This document shows positions 1 through 8,754 of a DNA stretch of 64,000 nt, piece by piece. Location of the stretch: the NCBI GenBank assembly GCA_031362155.1, contig JANLRZ010000180.1, positions 31,023 to 95,022 of the forward strand, read 5' to 3'. The first letter of the stretch is position 1; each line of letters starts with the position of its first letter. Source of the DNA: Acidimicrobiia bacterium (GTDB lineage: Bacteria; Actinomycetota; Acidimicrobiia; IMCC26256; JAENVU01). The notes beneath the pieces were generated by a model that saw nothing but the letters and a program-made list of their open reading frames with translations, made no database searches and was not told the origin of the DNA. A program made the translations under genes and the position numbers.

Positions 1-435
1 CAGGACCGCCGCGGCGTTGTTGTTGACGACCATCCCGGCCTCCGCCCCGACCGCGCGAGCCAGGAGGTTGCCGGCGTGGTCGTGGCGCGAACCGCGGGTC
101 CCGGTGGCCAGGTTCAGTTCGAGGTTGGACGCGCCCTGAGCGATCGTGAGCGCGGCGGTCAGCGCCTCGTTGCCGATCGGGGCGCGTCCGAGGTTGGTGT
201 GCAACAGGACGCCGGTCGCGTTGATGACGGGTTGCAGCAGCCGAGTGCGTTGCGCGTCGACACGCGCGGTGGCGTCGGCGATCACGTCGGCCTCACCGGG
301 GGTCGCTCCCCGTTCGATCGCGGCTCGCGCCGCGTCGACGGCGTCGCGGGCGGCCGCGGTGAGCAGCGCGGCCGGGAGTCCGGCGAGCGAGCTCACGACC
401 CGTTCGACTGAAGGCAATGCCCGCCGGGGATCCAT
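1..435 (-). CDS. selA: L-seryl-tRNA(Sec) selenium transferase, 5' part (runs off the window's left edge)
   Basis: My translation of the minus strand from ATG 435: MDPRRALPSVERV...LLQPVINATGVLLHTNLGRAP...SNLELNLATGTRGSRH...VVNNNAAAVL. VINATGxxLHTNLGRA and VNNNAAA are SelA signatures. Not in the ORF track. Confidence 0.93.
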   Translation of the reverse strand, partial: MDPRRALPSVERVVSSLAGLPAALLTAAARDAVDAARAAIERGATPGEADVIADATARVDAQRTRLLQPVINATGVLLHTNLGRAPIGNEALTAALTIAQGASNLELNLATGTRGSRHDHAGNLLARAVGAEAGMVVNNNAAAVL

Positions 436-510
436 CGGGCCCGAGCGTACGCGGCCCGCGCCGGGCGTTCGTGGGCGGTCGTAGGCTGGCCCCGTGATCG
501 GACGGAGTGA

Positions 511-1344
511 GTGGCCTCGGTGGTGACCCCCCGGGACGCCGCCACGGTGATGTTGGTACGGGACGCGCCGGACCTGCACGTGTTCCTGGCGCAGCGGAAC
601 GTCGACTCCGTCTGGATCGCGGGTGCGTCGGTGTTTCCCGGTGGCGCCATCGATCCTGACGACCGCCATCCCCGGTGGGAGGCCCGTTCCACGGGACGGG
701 ACGACCGGTCCGCCAGCGCGGCGCTCGGGGTCGAAGGCGGCGGCCTTGGGTTCTGGGTCGGCGCGATCCGCGAGACCTTTGAGGAAGCCGGCGTGCTCCT
801 GGCCCAGCGGCGAGACGGTGATCCGGTCGATGCGAGCGCGCCGGAGTTCGTCGCGGCGCGCCGGGAACTCAATGCGGGTCGGTTGAACTTCGGCGCCTTG
901 ATCGCCGAACACGATCTGGTGCTGCGTACCGACGAACTGCACGTGTTCTCGCACTGGATCACGCCGCCGGGGAGTCCCCGCCGCTACGACACGTGGTTCT
1001 TCGTCGCGGCGGCGCCCGCCGGCGCCTACGAGCATGACGACGCCGAGCTGGTCGCGTCGGCGTGGCACCGCCCGACCGAGACACTGGCCGCTGCGGAACG
1101 CGGCGAGATCGAACTCATCTTCCCGACGCGCAAGAGCCTCGAAGCGATGGTGCCGTATGCCGCGGCGGAGGAGTTTCTCCGAGCCGCCCGGGCTGCGAAT
1201 ACTCCCGACCTGGTCGGCGGCCTGGCCGTGATCGCCGAGCCGAGTGGCGGTCGCCGAATCCCGATGCCGCACGACCTCGGGCCCGACCGCCCGCCGGAGA
1301 CGGGGCCGGACACGAAGACGGGAGCCCAACCATGCCCGACATGA
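511..1344 (+). CDS. NUDIX hydrolase (NUDT19-like)
   Basis: PRDAATVMLVR, VFPGGAIDPDD, AIRETFEEAGVLL Nudix box, HWITP..PRRYDTWFF. Confidence 0.88.
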   Translation: MASVVTPRDAATVMLVRDAPDLHVFLAQRNVDSVWIAGASVFPGGAIDPDDRHPRWEARSTGRDDRSASAALGVEGGGLGFWVGAIRETFEEAGVLLAQRRDGDPVDASAPEFVAARRELNAGRLNFGALIAEHDLVLRTDELHVFSHWITPPGSPRRYDTWFFVAAAPAGAYEHDDAELVASAWHRPTETLAAAERGEIELIFPTRKSLEAMVPYAAAEEFLRAARAANTPDLVGGLAVIAEPSGGRRIPMPHDLGPDRPPETGPDTKTGAQPCPT

Positions 1345-2162
1345 CCCCGGACGTGCCCAGCGCGCTCTCGCCGTTGGTGCGACGCATCGTGGTGAACAAC
1401 CCGAGCCACATGACCGGTCCGGGAACCAACACGTATCTCGTGGGTATCGACGAGGTTGCGGTCATCGATCCGGGCCCCGACGACCAAGGACACACCGACG
1501 CGATCGTCGGCGGGGCGATGAAGGAACGCATCCGCTGGATCGTGCTGACCCATACCCACCCCGACCACGCTCCGGGCGCCACTCGCCTGGCGAAGGCCAC
1601 CGGCGCGGAGATCCTCGCGTTCTCGAAACGCGAGAAGTCGGTGAAGGTCGATCGGGCCGTGGGCGAGGGCGACACCATCGACGGCACCGAGTTCCGGTTG
1701 GAGGTGCTCCACACGCCGGGCCACGCACCGAACCATCTGTGCTTTCGCCTCGAAGAGGAGCGGATGCTGTTCACCGGTGACACGATCCTCGGAGGGATGT
1801 ACTCGGTGGTGTCACCGTCGACGGGTGGCGACATGGGTGAGTACATGGCGACGTTGGCGCGGCTGCGCCGACTGCGACTCCGTTCGATCGCACCCGGTCA
1901 TGGTGAGCTGATCGATCAGCCGCGAGCCCGCATCGACGAGTACCTCGCGCACCGACGCGACCGGGAGAAGCAAGTGCTCGGCCTGGTGCGCAAGGGTCCC
2001 ACGACGGTCAAGGCCATCGTGGACAGGCTCTACGTCGACACGCCGGAGCCGCTCCAACCGGTCGCGGCCAAGCAGATCTACTCCCACCTCAAGAAGTTGC
2101 GCGCTGAGGGCAAGGTCACCGGTCGCGACCAACGTTCGCCGTGGAGGGTCGGGGCTGTCTGA
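1332..2162 (+). CDS. MBL-fold metallo-hydrolase with C-terminal winged helix (LACTB2-like)
   Basis: NPSHMTGPGTNTY, LTHTHPDH, HTPGH, FTGD, PGHG; start chosen at ATG 1332, overlapping the NUDIX 3' end. Confidence 0.88.
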   Translation: MPDMTPDVPSALSPLVRRIVVNNPSHMTGPGTNTYLVGIDEVAVIDPGPDDQGHTDAIVGGAMKERIRWIVLTHTHPDHAPGATRLAKATGAEILAFSKREKSVKVDRAVGEGDTIDGTEFRLEVLHTPGHAPNHLCFRLEEERMLFTGDTILGGMYSVVSPSTGGDMGEYMATLARLRRLRLRSIAPGHGELIDQPRARIDEYLAHRRDREKQVLGLVRKGPTTVKAIVDRLYVDTPEPLQPVAAKQIYSHLKKLRAEGKVTGRDQRSPWRVGAV

Positions 2163-2186
2163 GGCCACGTGACCCCGGAGCCAGGG

Positions 2187-2954
2187 TCAGCGCTCGGTCT
2201 CGCGGGAGTAGGAGTTGCGGAGATCGTCTTGAATCACGAAGGCATCCTCCGTCGTGGTCACGACCTGGAACCGGGACGTGAGCACCCGCGGCGCGTAGGT
2301 CCACCCCGTCGGGAGTTTCAACCGCGCGCCGAGGCTTGCGAGCCCACTCTCGACCAGCGTCGGATCGTTCTGTTGACTCCACGACTGCATCACGTACTTG
2401 GCACCATCGGGCCCGGTCAGTTCGTAGATCGTGCTCCCCGCGTTGAAGCTGAACACGGTCTTGCGATTCACATGGTTCGGCGTGTAGGGCGTGTTGGCCT
2501 TGACGACGTCGGGGATTTCGACGGTTGCCCGCTTGGCCATCTCGATCCCACCGAAGTCGACGGTGGTGGTCTCCTCCGACGTCTTCTGGATCTCGTCCAT
2601 CAGCCAGTACCGGGGACCATTCAGCCGGGCAATGGGGACGCCGTTGGCCGTGGCGATGCTCCCGGCGTCGAGCGCCAGCCATTCCGCCTCCGGGCAGTCG
2701 TTCATCGGATACGAGTTGTAGACGTCGGCGGTGAAGCCGGGGTCGGCCGGCCGCAGCAGCAGCACCTCGCAGTAGCGCTTCCCGCGGAGATCGGTCGCGG
2801 TCTTGCTCGCGGCCGTGGTCGTGGTCGAGTCCTTCGACGGGGTCGCCGTCGGCGTCGATGCGTCGGATCCACATCCGGTGAGCACGAGGAGGCCTGCGGC
2901 GATGGTCGCGAACGTGTTGGTGATCCCGCGGCGGGACCGAAGGACGGTGGTCAT
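2187..2954 (-). CDS. Hypothetical lipoprotein
   Basis: Signal peptide with lipobox LVLTGC, Thr-rich linker, globular domain (RYCEVL...NDCP...GPRYWLMD); ATGA overlap with the upstream stop. Confidence 0.75.
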   Translation of the reverse strand: MTTVLRSRRGITNTFATIAAGLLVLTGCGSDASTPTATPSKDSTTTTAASKTATDLRGKRYCEVLLLRPADPGFTADVYNSYPMNDCPEAEWLALDAGSIATANGVPIARLNGPRYWLMDEIQKTSEETTTVDFGGIEMAKRATVEIPDVVKANTPYTPNHVNRKTVFSFNAGSTIYELTGPDGAKYVMQSWSQQNDPTLVESGLASLGARLKLPTGWTYAPRVLTSRFQVVTTTEDAFVIQDDLRNSYSRETER

Positions 2955-3868
2955 GCGGATGCTCCTTGGTGAGTGAAGGCGTCGATGATCTCGACGAGTT
3001 GGTCGGGTGCTTCTTCCTGGATGAAGTGATTGGCGCCCTCGATGACCACGTGGTCCTGGCCCGCGGCACCGGGCACGACGCGTTGGAACTTCCGGTGGGC
3101 GCCGGGCTTGAACGAGATCGGGTCCTCGGATCCGAACACGGTGAGGAACGGCTTGGTCCAGGTTTCGAGAAACGCCCAGGTCGCCACGCACATCGGTACC
3201 CCCGGATTGTCCGGCTGGACGGGGATCAACAGCGGGAACTGGAGCGCACTCGTCTGGTAGGTGCCGTCAGGGAACGGCGCGTCGTACGCGGCCCGCTCGC
3301 CGGCCGTGAGTTCGCGCGTGGTGCCATTGGCCACGAGCGCGCTGATCGGCAATTCCTCGACGCTCTGACTGAACTCGAGCCAGCGTTCGATGAACGCGTT
3401 CGCTCCCTCGCCCGTCGGGAGCCCGGTGTTCGAAGCAATCACCCGTGCGAAACGGTCCGGGAACCGAGGGATGAGATGGAGCCCGGTGAGCCCGCCCCAG
3501 TCCTGGCAGTACAGGGTGATGTCGGTGAGGTCTTCGCCGACGAGCCATTGACTCATCCAGTCGACGTGATTGGCGAGGGTGTAGTCGGACCGATGCGTGG
3601 GCTTGTCGGAGCGACCCATCCCCATGAGGTCGAGCGCGAGTACGCGGTGGCCCCGTTCGGCGAGGCCTCGGATCATGTGGCGGTGCAGGTACGACCACGT
3701 GGGGTTCCCGTGCAGCAGCAGAACGGGCGGCGCGTCGCGCGGGCCTTCGTCGATGAAGTGGTACCGCAGGTTCGTGCCGTCGGCGGCGACGACCTCGCCG
3801 TAGTGCGGCGCGAAGTCGTAGTCCTCGAGGTCGGTGAACCGGTCGTCGGGGGTGCGCAGGACCTCCAT
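2951..3868 (-). CDS. Haloalkane dehalogenase (alpha/beta hydrolase)
   Basis: MEVLRTPDDRF N-terminus, LLLHGNPTWSYL, nucleophile motif QDWGG, catalytic HFIQE. Confidence 0.88.
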   Translation of the reverse strand: MEVLRTPDDRFTDLEDYDFAPHYGEVVAADGTNLRYHFIDEGPRDAPPVLLLHGNPTWSYLHRHMIRGLAERGHRVLALDLMGMGRSDKPTHRSDYTLANHVDWMSQWLVGEDLTDITLYCQDWGGLTGLHLIPRFPDRFARVIASNTGLPTGEGANAFIERWLEFSQSVEELPISALVANGTTRELTAGERAAYDAPFPDGTYQTSALQFPLLIPVQPDNPGVPMCVATWAFLETWTKPFLTVFGSEDPISFKPGAHRKFQRVVPGAAGQDHVVIEGANHFIQEEAPDQLVEIIDAFTHQGASA

Positions 3869-4599
3869 CAGCTTCTGCCCCCCGGTGCGGTGTCGGTCTC
3901 TGCAGCTTCGATCGACTCGACGAGGTGGTCCATCGCCCGGTCGACGACGATCACGTGCGCGTCCTCGGCCTGACCGCACAGCTCCGCAATCGCGGCCGTT
4001 GCAGTGTCACCGTCGGCGCGGAGAAACCGCGCCCGGTCGAACGTGCGCTCGTCACCCACGATGACGCCTTCGACGTCGAAGTCGGCGACGAGTGACACGC
4101 CACTCGGCAGGGGACCGCGGTGGAGATCCGGACCTCGCTCGACCGTCAACACCCACGAGTCCGGCTCGGTGTCGGTCGCGGGCCCGGTCGCGCGGGGCAG
4201 GCAGGACATCACGATCGTGAACTCCATCCCGGCTTCCTTGTGGACGTGTTGGTCCTTGAAGTCGTCGCGCTGTTGCATCTCGAAGAAGGAGGCGCGGCTC
4301 GGATACCGCACGATGGCGATTCGGTCCCAGGCGGGTGTACCGCCGCGCTGGTCGAGGACGTCGCCGAAGAACGCAATGCGGGCGCCGACCGCGGCGAGCG
4401 GGCCGCGGGGTGCGTAGGCATCATCGGCCGCCTTCCCGCTCACGGCCGGCGCGGCGGGGTCGGAGTACTGAGCCACCTCGTGGTACTTCATGAGGTTGAG
4501 CGCCCAGAACGGCCCGTCGTCCGCCGGGTCGAGCGCGAACCACCGCTGGATCATTTCCCAGTTCGGGGTGCCGTATGCAGGTGTCGCAGTACCGGCCAT
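3868..4599 (-). CDS. Hypothetical protein (DUF1330-like dimeric alpha/beta barrel)
   Basis: ALNLMKY...WDRIAIVRYPSRASFFEM pattern; TGATG coupling to the dehalogenase; start chosen. Confidence 0.6.
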   Translation of the reverse strand: MAGTATPAYGTPNWEMIQRWFALDPADDGPFWALNLMKYHEVAQYSDPAAPAVSGKAADDAYAPRGPLAAVGARIAFFGDVLDQRGGTPAWDRIAIVRYPSRASFFEMQQRDDFKDQHVHKEAGMEFTIVMSCLPRATGPATDTEPDSWVLTVERGPDLHRGPLPSGVSLVADFDVEGVIVGDERTFDRARFLRADGDTATAAIAELCGQAEDAHVIVVDRAMDHLVESIEAAETDTAPGGRS

Positions 4600-4625
4600 G
4601 CCAGTCCTTTCGATCGTGGTGCGGG

Positions 4626-5258
4626 TCAGTGGGTCAGGAGCAGAGGAATCGTTTCGCTGAGCATCGCCACGGTCTCGCTGGACGAGAAACCGCGGTGCAG
4701 TCGGTAGTGGTCCAACGCTTCGAGTTCGCACAGCACGTCGAGTGCGGCGACTCGGGAGCGGCGGACCGACGCGCCGAAGTTCGCGAGCTCGGGCGCGAAT
4801 TGCTGCTCGATCTGTTCCCGCAGCGCCCGGCGGGTGAGTTCGACTTGCTCCCGCACGATGTCGTCGGTGTTCAGTCGCACCCTCGATGCGCGTGCGGTGG
4901 AGCCCACGGCTTCGTAGAGACGAACGCGACACCGCACGAATCGATCGACCCGTTCGGCGAGCGGTCCTTCGCCGATCTTCGGGATCACGTAGAGATGCCA
5001 GACCGCGGCGAGTTGGTGATCGATCGCGGCGCGCACGAGGGATTCCCGATCGTCGAAGTAGCGGTAGACCGATCGGGGCGAGATGCCGACTCGGTGCGCG
5101 AGCGCCTCCGGTGTGGGCTCGACGTCCCCCTCGGAGAACATCTCGATCATCGCGTCGAGCACCGCGGTGCGGTTGCGGTCGCGGCGGGCCAGCCGGCCGT
5201 CGGTGAATTCCGCCGGTGTGACCGCGGCGGTGGCCGTCACCCGCGGCTCGACGCTCAC
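4626..5258 (-). CDS. TetR/AcrR family transcriptional regulator
   Basis: RNRTAVLDAMIEMF...ALAHRVGISPRSVYRYF HTH; GTGA overlap with the upstream gene. Confidence 0.9.
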   Translation of the reverse strand: MSVEPRVTATAAVTPAEFTDGRLARRDRNRTAVLDAMIEMFSEGDVEPTPEALAHRVGISPRSVYRYFDDRESLVRAAIDHQLAAVWHLYVIPKIGEGPLAERVDRFVRCRVRLYEAVGSTARASRVRLNTDDIVREQVELTRRALREQIEQQFAPELANFGASVRRSRVAALDVLCELEALDHYRLHRGFSSSETVAMLSETIPLLLTH

Positions 5259-6334
5259 GAGGCCGGCAGTGACGCAATGAATCCGGTGCTCGGGTCGGCG
5301 CTCCCCGCCAGCAGCGTTGCGTAGACCGCCTGCACTGCCTTCGGTCCGGCGGCGGTCTCGAACCGCATCCACTCGTCGGTCCACCGGGAGTAGGAGTCCC
5401 ATGCACCCGCACTGCGCCGGTCGAACTCGTCGCGCCCCCATTCTTCGGTGCGGCGGGCGATCTGGCTCGGCGCGAAGAAGAACTCCGGCGTCGGACCGGG
5501 CAGGGCACTGTCGACGGTGGCGGCCGCGTGGTCCCAATGCGTGCCGCCGACGATCATCGAGTGACGCAGGGTCTCGCCACCCTGGGTGTGGACCGCGCGC
5601 ACCACGTCCTGGTTGCCGGCCATGTCGACGAAGACCGAAGTGCCCGCGGAGATGGCATCGAGATCGGGGTAGTCCACGACCTCGTCGTAGATCCCGAGTC
5701 CGGCCACGAAGGCGTGATTGCGGGCCGAGGTGAGACCGACCACCCGCCGACCGCGCGCGTGGGCGAGGAACGCCACACCGATCGCGGTCTTGCTCGATGC
5801 GCTCGAGACGATGATCTGATCGGTGTCGAGGTCGTCGCGGGCGGCGAAGAAGTCGTCGATGAGGAACGACGTGAAGAACAGCGGAAAGAGGACCATCTGC
5901 TGCGCCTCCCGATCAGGCGCGTAGATCGGATCCGCGCCGACCCGCAGGTACCGGTTGTACGCGCCGGCCATCGGCGCCCGGTGCGCGGCCAGGTCGGTGA
6001 AGCCCCGGTCGTCGCTGCGCCCGGGTTCGACCACGAGTTCGGAGGCCATCGGCCAGTACCCGTAGACGCGTTCGCCGACGGCGCACGCGTCTACGGTCGT
6101 CTCGACGATCTCGCCGAAGCCCCAGACGGGGATGCGGCCCCAGACCGAGGGTTCTTCGGAGGGGAAGAAGTTCCAGTACTGCATTGCGTCACCGAACACG
6201 GCGTAGGTGATGTTGTTCGTCGTCAGGGCGAACGCGTCGATGCGAACCCGAGCGCGGCCCGGTTCGAGGGGAGTCGGCTGCTCGTCCCGAATCCGGACTT
6301 CGGTGAGGTGTGCCCGCTGCACATCGAAGTTCAT
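5255..6334 (-). CDS. DUF2855 family protein
   Basis: FALTTNNITYA, YWNFFP, IPVWGFG, SSASSKTA motifs typical of this family. Confidence 0.75.
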   Translation of the reverse strand: MNFDVQRAHLTEVRIRDEQPTPLEPGRARVRIDAFALTTNNITYAVFGDAMQYWNFFPSEEPSVWGRIPVWGFGEIVETTVDACAVGERVYGYWPMASELVVEPGRSDDRGFTDLAAHRAPMAGAYNRYLRVGADPIYAPDREAQQMVLFPLFFTSFLIDDFFAARDDLDTDQIIVSSASSKTAIGVAFLAHARGRRVVGLTSARNHAFVAGLGIYDEVVDYPDLDAISAGTSVFVDMAGNQDVVRAVHTQGGETLRHSMIVGGTHWDHAAATVDSALPGPTPEFFFAPSQIARRTEEWGRDEFDRRSAGAWDSYSRWTDEWMRFETAAGPKAVQAVYATLLAGSADPSTGFIASLPAS

Positions 6335-6373
6335 GTCAGCAGTGATGTCAGTTGAGTCTCGTCCACCAAAGAA

Positions 6374-6402
6374 AACTTAGGGAATCCCGAAACAAGTGTC
6401 AA
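6374..6402 (-). promoter_or_regulatory. Sigma70-type promoter for the DUF2855 operon
   Basis: Minus strand reads TTGACA-17 nt-TAAGTT, ending about 40 nt upstream of ATG 6334. Confidence 0.7.
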
Positions 6403-6415
6403 GATCGATGACAGA

Positions 6416-7621
6416 TTACTCCGTGGTGCGGTCCTGGTCGATGCGAGCCAGGTTCTCGGAGGCGAGTTCGAAGATTCGGGCCGTGCAGCCCGCCATCTCG
6501 ACCGGGGGGAGCAATTCCTCCACGATGCGGGCCGCGAGCGTGTTGAACGCGGTTCCGGCGGGGGAGTCCGGCGCCGCCAATGCGATCGGGTTGCCGGTGT
6601 CGCCACCTTGGGACACTTCGGGTTCGAGCGGGATCGAGGCCACGAGCGGCGCGCCGATCTCGGACGCGAGCGCGGCGCCACCGCCGCGACCGAACAAGGC
6701 GAAGCGTTGACCGTCGGGCGCGACGAACTCGCTCATGTTCTCGACGACGCCCACGATCTTCATGTAGGAGCGCCGGGCCATGTCGGCGACGCGGGTGGCC
6801 ACCTTCTGCGCGGCGAGCGCGGGCGTGGTCACGACGAGCATCTCCGCCTGGGGAAGCATGCGCGCGAGTCCCATCTGGACGTCACCGGTACCGGGGGGCA
6901 TGTCGACGAGGAGGTAATCGAGTTCGCCCCAGCGGACGTCGGTCAGGAACTGCTCCACGGCCTTGGTGAGGATCAAGCCGCGCCACATGAGTGCAGTCGA
7001 TTCGTCCTCGACGAGGAATCCCATCGACACGATTTCGAGGATTCCGCCGCCGGGAAGTTCGCGTACGTGCGGAGTGATCTTGCCGTTCTCGCCACCGAGT
7101 CGACCGTCGACGCCCAACATCCGGGGGACACTGAAGCCCCAGATGTCGGCGTCGAGCACACCGACGCGCAACCCGCGGGCCGCGAGTGCCGCGGCGAGGT
7201 TCACCGTCACCGAACTCTTGCCCACCCCGCCCTTGCCACTCGAGATCGTGAGGACGCGGGTGGTGGAGGGGATCATCGTGTCCGGCGCGTGCTCACGCGC
7301 GTTGAGGCGGGCGCGTTGCATCGCGGCCGACTTCTGTTCCTGGGTCATCTCGACCCAACGCACCTTTACGTCGTCGATGCCGGGCAGGCCCGTGACCTTC
7401 GACTGGATCTCCCGTCGGATCTCGGCCTGGAGCGGACAACCGAGCGTGGTCAGGGCGATGTGAATCGTGACGACTCCGTCGTCCGCGACGGCGATGTCGT
7501 GCACCATGCCGAGGTCGACGATGCTCGCGCGCAACTCCGGGTCCATCACCCCACCGAGCATCCCCCGGATATCGGCGACCGACGGTGGGGTCGGCAGGGA
7601 AGCGGGGGTCGACTCAGTCAT
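6416..7621 (-). CDS. mrp: Mrp/NBP35 (ApbC) Fe-S cluster carrier ATPase with N-terminal DUF59 domain
   Basis: DPELRASIVDLGMV (DUF59), SGKGGVGKS P-loop, DADIWG, DMPPGTGD, VVENMS; start chosen. Confidence 0.92.
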   Translation of the reverse strand: MTESTPASLPTPPSVADIRGMLGGVMDPELRASIVDLGMVHDIAVADDGVVTIHIALTTLGCPLQAEIRREIQSKVTGLPGIDDVKVRWVEMTQEQKSAAMQRARLNAREHAPDTMIPSTTRVLTISSGKGGVGKSSVTVNLAAALAARGLRVGVLDADIWGFSVPRMLGVDGRLGGENGKITPHVRELPGGGILEIVSMGFLVEDESTALMWRGLILTKAVEQFLTDVRWGELDYLLVDMPPGTGDVQMGLARMLPQAEMLVVTTPALAAQKVATRVADMARRSYMKIVGVVENMSEFVAPDGQRFALFGRGGGAALASEIGAPLVASIPLEPEVSQGGDTGNPIALAAPDSPAGTAFNTLAARIVEELLPPVEMAGCTARIFELASENLARIDQDRTTE

Positions 7622-7722
7622 GGGGTCCAGACGTTGGCGGGTGTTCGCGGGCACGCAGCACACGGGTGAATAAAAACAGCGTTCACCTTGAAAATATGCC
7701 CGACCGCCGTTACGGTCAAGGA

Positions 7723-8373
7723 ATGGAACTCGAGGTGCTCAAGGCCCTCGGCGACGAAACCCGCCACGCGCTCTATCGGGAACTCGCGGGTTCGACCGCG
7801 CCCCGGTCGGCCTCCGAGCTCGCGGACACGCTCGGATTGCACCCGAACACCGTCCGGCTCCACCTCGAACGGCTCCGTGATGCCGGCCTCATCGAGGTCG
7901 AGGCGGTGCACCGCGGCACCGTGGGCCGTCCCCAACACCGCTATTCATTGGCCCCCGGTGCGCCGGGGATGGGCTTCGACCCACCCGCGCATGTCCTGCT
8001 GGCCGGGCTCTTGGCTGCGATGGCCGAATCATCGGGTGCCGATGGCGCCGCGGCCCTGGCGACGGGCCGGGCGTGGGGGACCAACTCGGCCCAGCGGGCT
8101 TCCGAATCGGCGTGTCTGAACCTGCTGGCAGCGGAGTTGGACCGCCTGGGCTTCGAACCCGCCGCCGACGCCACCGTCACCCGAGACGGCGCGACCCGCA
8201 TCGATTTCCTCCATTGCCCGTTCCGCGAGCTGGCCGAGGCGTACCCCGAACTGGTGTGCAACCTGCACCGGGGCATGTGCGAAGGCGTCGCCGAAAGCCG
8301 GCGCGGAACAGTTCAGACCTTCTCGACGTTGTACGAGCCCGACCCCTGTCATGTGGTCGTCGCGCTACCCTGA
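7723..8373 (+). CDS. ArsR/SufR-like helix-turn-helix metalloregulator
   Basis: LKALGDETR, LGLHPNTVRLHLERL, GRPQHRY, HCPFRELA...VCNLHRGM...C Cys cluster; alternative start at 7696. Confidence 0.8.
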   Translation: MELEVLKALGDETRHALYRELAGSTAPRSASELADTLGLHPNTVRLHLERLRDAGLIEVEAVHRGTVGRPQHRYSLAPGAPGMGFDPPAHVLLAGLLAAMAESSGADGAAALATGRAWGTNSAQRASESACLNLLAAELDRLGFEPAADATVTRDGATRIDFLHCPFRELAEAYPELVCNLHRGMCEGVAESRRGTVQTFSTLYEPDPCHVVVALP

Positions 8374-8400
8374 TGACCCCTGAAACCCACGGAGCACCTC

Positions 8401-8754
8401 ATGAGCATGTTCACCGTCAGTGATGCCCGGACCCAGTTCCTCCTCACCGACGCCGCCGCGGCGAAGGTCAAGGCGCTGATCGAAGCCGAAGCCACGCCGG
8501 GTCTGGCCCTGCGGGTCGCGGTACGCCCCGGCGGCTGCTCCGGTTTCAGCTACGAGATGTTCTTCGATGCCGACATCGCCGATGACGACGTCAAGTCCGA
8601 GCAGAGCGGTGTCCAGGTCGTGATCGACCCGGCTTCGATGGGTCACCTCGGTGGCGGACAGCTCGATTACCGCGACGGGCTCCAAGGTTCTGGATTTCAC
8701 ATCAGCAACCCCAACGCCGAGCGCACCTGCGGCTGCGGTCAGTCGTTCAGCTGA
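8401..8754 (+). CDS. erpA: A-type Fe-S carrier (HesB/IscA/ErpA family)
   Basis: RPGGCSGFSY and C-terminal CGCGQSF. Confidence 0.9.
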   Translation: MSMFTVSDARTQFLLTDAAAAKVKALIEAEATPGLALRVAVRPGGCSGFSYEMFFDADIADDDVKSEQSGVQVVIDPASMGHLGGGQLDYRDGLQGSGFHISNPNAERTCGCGQSFS

